From Cenococcum geophilum (taxonomy: Eukaryota), in the NCBI GenBank assembly GCA_050273025.1, contig CP158635.1, positions 20,708,001 to 20,772,000 on the forward strand: DNA of 64,000 bases. The letters are read 5' to 3'. Position numbers and translations under genes: made by a program. The notes under the pieces are model-generated. The model did not search any database, was not told where the DNA came from, and worked only from the letters and a program-made list of their open reading frames with translations. Shown here in pieces: positions 54,201-64,000 of this stretch (within the stretch, counting starts at the first letter, position 1; each line of letters starts with the position of its first letter).

Positions 54201-55350
54201 AAAAGGAACACTAAAATCGAGATCCGACCCATACGGTCCTATGGGGGTTCCTTTCCGTCTCATCTTGTCCGCATGGTCAAGCTGGGAGAGAGGATCTCGT
54301 CTGTTACTGATGCAGCAGCGTTACGTTGTGGCTAGAGGGGGCCTTTAAATACTTAACCCTTGACGCCGTTAGAATAGCAGAGTTTTTATAGGCCTTGGCG
54401 CCAGACCAGTTAAAAAGATAACTCCAGAAAAGCGACTTCTGCACCCCCATGCGGTAGAGCCCGGGAACCTGGCAGCTACTATTAATGTTCTATTTAGATC
54501 GTGTTAATAAACTACTAGAGCGAACGCAGAGACGCGTATACGGCTGCGCAGCGCCTGCGCAGCGACGTCGTGGTGGTGCAAAGATTTTTCACTAAGGGGT
54601 AAGCCTCAGCAAAAAAGTTTAAACACCGCTACTACGTCTCTAATGTATATATTTGGACATTAAATCGACAAGTATTATCCCTTCGGCGTACCCCCTCCCT
54701 CCTATAAATACTACATACACCGTATAGCATCTATACATATATATAAGCAATCCGCGCCCTAAGCGTAGCAGAGGCCCCCTATTTTAATATTATCCGGTAA
54801 CCTAGGTATCTAGTTATAGGGATTAGGCCCCCTATTAAATACTAGATTGTCCTCCTATACCTTATAAATAGGTGCAAGGGCCTGGGTTTAGGCCCTAGGG
54901 CAAAAGTGATACTAAGTTATATATACCCCGTTATAGAAACCCTTTAATAGAGGAATGGATAAGAGACTTTAGTATGCAGGCCCAGGCGGAACGCAAGTGT
55001 TATCTATTAGGAGATATTTACAGGAGACTTAGAAAAGGAGCTAGGGATAGGCACACGACTTAGATAAGCAATATATAAATATAGCAAAGATGGTTCAAAT
55101 AGCAGATGGAGTAAGATAGGTATTTAGACACTCCTATGTAAAGGGAGTCTCAAAGCAGCAACCTAACAGTGTTTTTCCTCCCGTTAATATAGTATGGATG
55201 TTATCTGGAATATTACCTCTCACGTCTCCCCTAGGGGTTTTTTGTACACTTAAAAATAGGGTTTTTCTCAGTAAGGAGGTTTTTCCTATAGGAATTAGTC
55301 TGTGTGGACCCATTAGGGGGACTAGGTCGGACGGTAAATTGAATCTTATA
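54201..55350 (+). mobile_element. Non-LTR insert (1150 bp) with LINE-2-like 3' tail (SINE-like or degenerate truncated LINE)
   Basis: 15-bp TSD TATAATAAGATAGTA (54186-54200, 55351-55365); 55296-55337 resembles the LINE-2 3' end 19495-19534. Confidence 0.78.
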
Positions 55351-55395
55351 TATAATAAGATAGTATTATATATATATATATATATATATACTGCT

Positions 55396-57160
55396 TAATA
55401 CAAAGCCTTTCCCTTCCTTTCCCTCCCCCCCACCCTAAGGGCTAGTAGTTAGATATTCTTATAAAGCTAATTTAAAAAACGCTGGCTTCGCAGCTACTCT
55501 AGCTAGTTAATAGCCTATCTCTTATCTTTTGCTATACTATCTTCTACGCGCCGTTTTATATCCTTAATTATCCTATAGCGACGGCTATAAAATATAGCCT
55601 CGCTATTAACCTAGTAGCGCGCCCCCTAGTAGCGATTAAGAGCTTTAATTAACGGCCTACCTGCTAGCCCTAAAGTCTACTTAACCTAAAGCTAGAACAC
55701 TAAATTACCGCCCTAATGTATCTTATATTTCCTTAGCGGCGCTTATAGGTTAAGAATAAATAGGAGAGGTAGTTAAGTATTTGCTTGCGCCTACGCTAAT
55801 AAAGGTAGTATAGATATAGTAAATAGCTAAGTGGGCGGTGTAGATATTAGCTATATGGGGGGTATAAATATAGTAAATAGCTAGGCGGGTAGTGCGGGTA
55901 TTAACTAGGTGGGTGGTGCGGATATAGTAAATAGCTAAGCGGGTAGCGCGGATATAGTAATCGTTATAGTAGACGGCGTAGGCCTACCTAAAGGTAAATA
56001 TATGGACTCTATAAGCCCTATCTAAATGCCTATCTTTCCTTACTAGATTTATATAGATATAGGTATAAATAATACTAATAATTTTTCTATTTTACTAAGG
56101 CGTTCTAAGATTATATATATATATGCAATTAAACCCCTTTAATCTCTAAGATTGCGGCCTTATATTTTAGCTTAGCTACAGCCTTATAGGCGGGCCAGTA
56201 TTTCCGTATTATTAGCTTATTTAGCGCAACTATATTAGCTAGCGAGCTTTCTACTTATATAGTAAACCTTTAGTACTCCTCGCAGCTAAAGAGGGAGTCC
56301 TTTTATAGGGGGTAGAGCGGGAACTGCTTATATAAGATTACTAAGTCCTATAATAGGATTACCCTAAGTATATAGAAGAGGTGTAGAAATTTTAAGCCTA
56401 TAAGGTTAAGCTGTATAACCTTATTATTGGCCCTATCTAGGTAGTAGGTCTCTATATATTTTAGCTAAACATTAGTCTTAGGCTATATATTTAAATAAAG
56501 GGCTTTTTCCGGCACCTCTTATATATAGGAAAAAAAGTAGCCCTTTTTTTAGGAAGCTAGCAATTAACCGTATAAATGTATAGGGTAGGTAGCTAAGGTA
56601 GGCTCCTATTATCGCGTCTATATTCTAGCGTTTAGCCTATTTAATTTAGGTCTCCTTAACGCTACTAAGCTTAGTATACCGGACGCTCTGCTTATAGGCG
56701 CTATAGGTTTTCTCTTTTAAGGAAATCCCTACTCTCTAGAATATCTTCTTATTCTATTTAAACTGCATATAATAGCTTAACGGCCGTTATAGTATTTTAA
56801 TACTGCTAAGGAAAATATATAGGTTATAGTAGTCCTCTAGCTACTAAAAGGATAGAAAGCCTTTAGTACCGTTTTTACCGTAGTAGTTAAAGAAGTAAAA
56901 GGATATTATAGAGAAAGGGTAGAAGATAGGGTTAGCGTTCCGTATATAGCCTATATACTTAACCTTGCTATACTAGTTCTACTTCCCCTATATTATTAAT
57001 ATAATTATATATAGCGTTAGCATATCTAGCTTAGGCCCTTTATTCTCTAGTTTAATAAAAATAAGGTTAGTAAGCTAAACGTCCTATTTACTCTCGCCCT
57101 AGGTAATAGTAGTATAGCCTAAGAAACGGGTTAGAAAACGGTAGCTATATAGACCGGATA
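55396..57160 (-). pseudogene. Crypton (CryptonF-type) tyrosine recombinase C-terminal half + GCR1_C domain
   Basis: Minus strand de-RIPed EKTHSARKQSVRHAELGGVEETQIRRAGRWNTDAMTGAYLSYLP..FMRSIAGF (~56550-56715; HxxR, GRW, catalytic Y) and FYSRRR.II.DI (~55565-55595). The 5' part is displaced by the Gypsy at 57161. Confidence 0.85.
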
Positions 57161-59551
57161 TATAATAAAGCCTTATAGGAAATACTACGGTAGACTTATT
57201 AATGGGCTGGGTATATAGGTATAGAATAGTTAATAACGTAAATATAACTAGTGGAGTAGTTGCCTAACAGATTAACTCTAATTATCTTTTAAGATTTACT
57301 ACTAAGAAAGAGAAACTATTTATAGAGACCGTGTGTCTTTAAATATATAACTCCTTCCCATAGTAAAGGGTTTAGTACGTTAGTACATTAGTATATTAGT
57401 ACGTCGCGTTTCTACGTTCCTACGTTCCTACGTTCCAAACTTGTAATGTAACTAGCTATATAACTTAGCTACCCCTTATCTTATAGCTTAATTGGTTCTA
57501 GCGCCTCCTATACTATCTTAACCCACCCATTTATATCTATTTTTAGTAGTTATACTACTACTAATATAAAGTCCGTAATACTATCCCCCTCCTCTTTATC
57601 TTTATCCTTAAAAATATCTCCTATCTCTAAGTTGTCTACCAGAGGTATAGTATTCCTGTTTTTAATTTAATAACCTTTATTATTTTTAATACCTCCTATT
57701 AGATCCTCTGCGTCTAATTATTATAACCAGCTAGTAATATTTATTCTTTTACTTGGTAAAGTTATACCGTCCTATTCTTATTATACGGAGAGGAAGTTAG
57801 TATATATTGTAATTACGGCTCCGTCTAGTTACTAACCTTCTTCCTATACTAAATGTACGTGAGCGAACATATAGTTATCCTATAATGTTTAATCCGTCTC
57901 TAATACTAAGTATACGCGTCTTATTATTCTTTATAACTATTTAGTTCCTTATTTAATCTATTCTAGGGTTATATATATTAATAGCGGCCGAAAGACTAGA
58001 GAGTAAGCTAGCTAAGGCCCTTACTAAGGTTTAGCGTCCTTTTAATAAGGCATTTTAGGCTCTAAAAGCTTAACTAGATGCTTATGCTCGCTTAAGCCAT
58101 TTAGTAAAGGTTCGTAAAAAGGTGCGCTTAAAGGAGCTGCGCTTAGTAGAGTAAGGTCTATTTAAACTTAAAACTAAGGAGACTGAAAAGGATTTTAATT
58201 AAGAAGAGGCGGAAATAGCTTATACGCTAGTGGTAGATACCTTAGGTAATCCGGCTCTTCTATTACCTTTAACTAATTCCTTTATCTTTAGCTCCTTCTT
58301 AATATTGCCTAACCCGTTTTCTTTTAATACTCCTATACCTTTTCTATAGTATTTTTTAAATTTTATAGTAGTTCCTAGGTAGTCTTATTATAGCCTATCT
58401 ACTTAACCTTATACTATATTTTATTGTTAATGTCCTTATAACTTATAATCTTTAAAACTTACTATTTGCCCCCTTTTTATTCTCTATACGTATCTGCTTT
58501 ATAGATTAGTAGCTTAATATTTCTATATACTAGCTTTAGTATTATAATATACTATATAGGGTAGATCTTTATTTTAGCTAGTAGGTTTAGCTTAAATATA
58601 ACTAATGAAATTCTTTATATAATTTTAAAAGGTCCTAGTCTAACGTAGTCTAACTTCTTACTTAGTTATTAACTCTTAAAAATTTTATATAGTAGCTATA
58701 CTTTATCCCCCTGCTTAAGATCTAGTCCCTTAGATCTCTTAGTATTATAGTACTTTTTTATTCTCTCTTATACTCCTTTTACTAATTCTATAAGGTCTAT
58801 ATAAAGATTTATTAATGTCTTTATTTTTTCTTTAGCTATACTACTTATTTTCTTCGCTTATTATAGTAATAATAATATTCTTAGCTTATATCTATAATTT
58901 GCCTTAAATAGTAATATACCTATTCCTTTTTATAGTGTTATATTATATATAAACTATATAATTAGTAATAATAATACCTAATTTTTTATGCGTAATTAAT
59001 ATAATATCTTAAATACTATTCTAGCGTCTAATTTAGTTTTTCTATTTATCTATCCGTCTATAGATAATATATAATAAAAGTTACTACTCTAACTCTTTAT
59101 TCCATTAAGAATACCTCCTAAAATACTACTATAAATCTTAGATCCCTATTTAATATAATTTTACTTAGTGCTTTATATCTTATGAATACTTCTTTATTAT
59201 AGATTTTAGTAATATCTTCTACTAAGATTTCTTCTATGCATACTATAAAGTAGCCCTATTTAGTTAACTTATCTACTATTACTAGAATTATATTATATTC
59301 CTATCCAGTAATAGGATCTCTTAACTTTAGTAACTTAATAATAAAGTCCTATAATATAACTTCCTATAGTTTCTCTAGTATTTTAATAGGTTATAGCCCT
59401 CCGTATAGCTTATACCTTATTAGTTTATTTTTTTTTAGCTATCTAGATATTCTTTTATTACGTTTTTAGCTATACTCTAGATTCTATTATTTTTTTTAAA
59501 GTCTTAATACTAAGCCTATTACTCTATTATATCCTTAAGTTATTCCCTTAT
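57161..59551 (-). mobile_element. Gypsy (A-related subfamily E): 3' LTR, antisense gene, chromodomain/integrase; interrupted at 59552
   Basis: LTR 57161-57580 similar to but diverged from the A LTR; PPT complement ctatccccctcctc; interior collinear with A. Confidence 0.88.
57689..58355 (+). pseudogene. Antisense six-Cys + coiled-coil gene of Gypsy E
   Basis: De-RIPed MPPVRSS...VMPSCSHCTERKLVCIVITAPSSRQPSSCTECTRANMRSSCDV; same intron position as the 60084 copy. End approximate. Confidence 0.7.
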
Positions 59552-62500
59552 TGTAACGGAACCTTGTAGCAGGAACTACGATAGGCTCATTATTAGGCTA
59601 GGTGTATAGGTAATGCAAATTAAAGTTAACAACGTAATAATAACTGGTGGAGTGGTTGCCTAATAGATTAACTCTAATTATATTCTAAGAATTACTATAA
59701 GGAAAGAACTGTCTAAAGTAGGGACTATGGTCCTTTAAATACATAACCGTACTTCTAAAAAACCCTCCTTGTATATAAGGTATGTATACTCTATTTACTC
59801 TATTACGGATTATATAGATTATACAGATTATACAGATTATATTACATGACTTAGTTACTATTCCTTATTATATAGTTTTACCAGTTTTATTCTAAACCGT
59901 GTTTATATTAACTAACTAGCTTCTTTTAACTCCTCTTTAAGTAGTTATAATATTATACTTAAAGCGTCCGTAATACCATTTCCCTCCTCTTTATTTTTAT
60001 CTTTAAAGATCCTAAATATCTCTAAGTTATTTACTAGAGGTATAATATCCGTCTAATTAATCTAGTTAATATCATTACTTATTATACCTAAAGTAACTTC
60101 TCTTTCCTCTATAGCCCGTCACGCTTATACTATTGCCGTTATACTATCTCTAGGTAAAATAATGCCGTCTCTGTGTTCTTATTGTGCGAAAAAGGGGTTA
60201 GTTTATATTACGCTAGTAAGTCCTTTATCTTAGTAACCCTCTTTTTATTTAGAGTATACTAAAGCAAACATTTATTCGTCCTATAATGTTTACTCTATCT
60301 CTAACGCTAAGTATACGCGTCCTATAACTCTTAATAGTCTATAAGTTCCCTAAGTAATTTGTTATAGGGTTTTATATTTAATCTACTACTACAAAGCTTA
60401 ATAGTAAGCTCTTAAGTGCTCTTAATAAGTTATACTAATTGTAAGAGGCGGAATAAGAGGCTGCGGCTGCTTAATAGCATGCTCTTAAAACTCGTCTTCT
60501 GGCCTCTACTTATCTTCTATATCTTAAATAGGTTCGTAAAAAGGTTTGTTTTAAGGAGTAGAAACTTAGTAATGAAAGGATAAACTCCCCTGCGAAGGAA
60601 ATAAGTCTAAATAGCTTGGTAACTGCTCCTCCTAGGTCCCCCTTAAGTGACTTATTTTTTAATCCTTTTTTATTAATACTGCCTAACCTAATCTCTTCTA
60701 ATACTCCTGTACCTTTCTATAGCGTTCTTTAAATTTTCTAGTAGTTCCTAGGTAGTCTTATTATAGCCTATCTACTTAACCTTATACTATATTTTATCGT
60801 TAATATCCTTATAACTAACGATCTTTAAAACTTGCTATTTATCTTCTTCCTATTCTCTATACGTATCTACTTTATAAACTAGTAGCTTAATATTCCTATA
60901 TACTGGCTCTAGTATTACAATATACTATATAGGGTAAATTTTTATTCTAGCTAGTAGGTTTAACTTAAATATAATTGGTAAAATCATTTATATAATTTGA
61001 AAAGGTCCTAGTCTAACATAGTTTAACTTCTTACTTAGTTGTTAACTTTTAAAAATTTTATATAGTAGCTATACTTTATCCCCCTCTTTAAGATCTAGTC
61101 CCTTAGATCTCTTAGCGTTGTAGTACTTTTTTATTCTCTGCTATACTACTTTAGCTATTCTTATAAGGTTCTTATAAAGATTTATTAATATCTCTATCCT
61201 TTACTTAGCTATGCTACTTGTCTTTTTTACTTAATATAGTAATAATAATATCCTTAGCTCGTATCCATAATTCGCCTTAAATAGTAATATATCTATTTCC
61301 TCTTATAGTGTTATATTATATATAAGCTATATAACTAGTAATAATAATACCTAATTGTTTTGTACGTAATTAATATAGTGCCTTAGATACTGTTTTAGTG
61401 TCTAATTTAATCTTTCTATTTAACTATCTATCTATAGATAATATGTAGTGGAAGTTATTGCTCTAACTCCTTACTCCGCTAAAAATACCTCCTAAAATAC
61501 TACTATAAATCTTAGATCTCTATCTAATATAATCTTACTTAGTGCTCTATATTTTACAAATACTTCCTTAATATAGATTCTAGCGATATTTTCTACTAAT
61601 ATTTCTTCTATATACGCTATAAAGTATCCCTACTTTATAAGCTTATCTACTATTACTAAGATCGCGTTATAATCTTGCCTGGTAATAGGATCTTTTAATT
61701 TTAGCAACTTTATAATAAAGTCCTATAATATAACCTCCTATAGTCTTTCTGGTATTTTAATAGATTATAGCCCTCTATATAGCTTATACCTTATTAGTTT
61801 AATTTTTTTTATAATCTAGATATTCCTTTATAACCTTTTGCGCGAGGTTTTAGATTCTATTAATAATATACTCCTCTTAGAGTCTTAACACTAAGCCTAT
61901 AGCTCTATTGTGTCTTTAAGTTAGCCCCTTATAGAAATCTTCTATAAAGTGCTCCGCTATACTTCTTAGGATATACTTTACTTCTTAATATTTATATAAT
62001 ATCTCCTTTTCTAAATGTTCTAACTATTCTTCTAGTTATGCTTTAAAGATCCTTTATACCTAAAAGCTTTCTAGTAACTTATAAACTCTATCTAGTTCCT
62101 CTTAAGTTATTATAATTTTTGGATGATTATACCTAATTAATCCGTCTATATCTTTTCGCAGTAAAGCCCCTAATGGCTTTATATTATTTTATAGTTTAGC
62201 TTTCTAACTTAAAGTATTTACTTATATATTATCTGTTCCTTTAGTATACTAAATCTTAAAATGGTATTCTATAAGCATCTCTGCCTATTTAACCTATCTT
62301 TAGTTAAGTTCCTTTATTATTAAAAATCCCGTTAGGTTCTTATAAGCCATCTTAACTATAAATAGTTTCTCTATACCTTATAAGAATACTCTTTATTTCT
62401 TTAGTCCTGTAACTATACCTAATAACTCCTTATTATAGATGTTATAGTTTAACTTTAGTAGTATTATCTTCTAACTATAGTATACTACTAGGTGCTATCT

Positions 62501-64000
62501 GTCTTAATATTTTTATATAAAGTATGCCCCTAGTATAAAGTCTAATACATTCGTTTTTATAACTATCTCTAATCCTAGTTAATAGATCTTAAGAACTAGC
62601 TCCTAAGTAAATAATTCCTTAACTCTCTTAAACAGCTCTTATTATTCCTTTCCCTATACCTATAGTTTTTCTTTCTTTATTAACCGCGTAAATGGTTTAA
62701 TATCCTTTAACTATTTCGCTATAAACCTTCTATAGTAATTATAAAACCCTAAAAACGATCTTAACTATATAACGTTCTCCGGTTCTTATTAATTTACTAT
62801 AGGCTTAATCTTTTTTAGATCTATACTAAGTTGGCCTAGTTTAATAATAAATTTAATAAAATCGGTCTTCTTAGTAAAGAACTTGTATTTCTTAATTGCT
62901 ACTAGCATCTATTCTTTTTATAGTCTCTTTAAGACCTATTTAACGTGTTCTCTATATTCTTCCTTGGTTATTAAGTAGATAATAATAATATTAAAATATG
63001 CTATAATAAATTTATCTAAGTATTTTCTTAATATATTGTTAATACGCTTCTAGAATATTACTAGTGCGTTTATAAGCCTAAATTATATAACTAATGGTTT
63101 ATATAGTCCTTCCTTTAACCTAAAGGCTACCTTTTATTTATCGCCTTCCTTAATTCTGATTTAATGGTACGCCTATCTCAGATTTATCTTTATAAAGATT
63201 TGCGCGTTGCCTATTCTATCTTAAATTTCGCTAATTAAGGGTAAAGGATACTTATCCTTTCTAGTAATGCTATTTAACTACCTATAGTCGATATATAGCC
63301 TTAGTTTACTATTCTTTTTTAGTATAAATAGTACTAGATAACTCGCTAATAATTGCGATAGTCTAATGTATCCCTTTTGTAAGTTTTCCTAGATAAACTC
63401 TTTTAATACTCTACCTTTTTCTTTGGTAAGCTTATAGATTAGAAAAAACCTTAAACTTATTCCTAGTTCTAATTCTATTCTATAGTCCTATACTATATAC
63501 TTTAATAGCTTTTTACTCTTCGGTGACTATAGTTTCTTACCATACTTATAGTATCTTTTTGGTATATAGCTTAGCCCTTTTTCTGTTTCTTTATAGGTCG
63601 CTCCTACTTAGTACTATACCATCTTAGCTTATTATCGCATTTTGCGTTATTAAGTATTCTTAATATTAACTTAACCTATAACCTAATCGATCTTTAGATT
63701 ATATTCCTATAACTAAGGCATTCCTAATACTACCTTATTATTTCCTAATAGTAATATATTAAAAGACATTTTAACTTATTTTCCTTTAATAGTTAACTAA
63801 ATAGGTCCTGTTTTAAGATTAATAATACCTCCTTTATAGGCTATTAGATCTCCTAAAATCGTTACTAATAGGTAAAAATATTCCTTTTTCCTGTATGGTA
63901 ACCCTATTCTTTTAACTGCTACTAGTAAGATATAGTTCCTTATTACTCTACTATCTATTAATACCTTAAACTGTTAATCTTACCACTTAGCTTATAAATT
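59552..64000 (-). mobile_element. Second Gypsy family A copy (3' LTR to protease), running off the window
   Basis: LTR 59552-59975 matches 1301-1726; interior collinear with 1727-13540 but lacks the TRIM and Gypsy C inserts. Confidence 0.93.
60084..60732 (+). pseudogene. Antisense six-Cys + coiled-coil gene of Gypsy A copy 2 (one intron)
   Basis: De-RIPed MPKVTS...PCSYCAKKGLVCIALASPSSRQPSSCSECTKANIRSSCDV; intron 60313-60367 restores the frame into W...LDELRQLQEAEQEAAAAQQ..RLLRLEQVRKKVRSKERKL. End approximate. Confidence 0.75.

Noticed and set aside
2405..55398. Short ORF-track calls as host genes
   Set aside because: They lie within TE remnants, mostly off-frame or antisense. A few (e.g. 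8349, 17161, 27906, 45816) are stop-bounded pieces of TE pseudogenes.
55396..57160. Starship captain recombinase
   Set aside because: Motifs and GCR1_C fit Crypton; no cargo genes seen.

Overview
A gene-free, AT-rich block from a filamentous ascomycete (Pezizomycotina-type) genome. It is built almost entirely of nested transposable elements degraded by RIP: TpA is in strong excess, CpA/TpG is depleted, and Trp/Gln/Arg codons have become stops. No intact host gene is visible, and most ORF-track calls are artefacts. Most boundaries resolve by terminal repeats plus target-site duplications (TSDs). The outer layer is one Fot1/pogo transposase (30609-53259) carrying a Tad1-like LINE at its 5' end (1-30608), a Copia, two hATs and a MITE. 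The LINE holds a Gypsy (itself holding two TRIMs, a second Gypsy and a second LINE) and a MITE that holds a hAT. The Copia holds a GalEa-like Copia (with a deleted pogo), a solo LTR and a non-autonomous LTR element. A Crypton tyrosine-recombinase relic near the right end is broken by two more nested Gypsies. Best leads: (1) spliced, antisense six-cysteine (Zn2Cys6-like) genes in the 3' region of two different Gypsy families; (2) a 1.55-kb poly(A)-tailed, TSD-flanked non-coding retroposon with about 18 tandem hairpins; (3) a second SINE-like insert sharing its 3' stem-loop with a local LINE; (4) fungal TRIMs. All protein readings are manual and need back-correction of RIP mutations.
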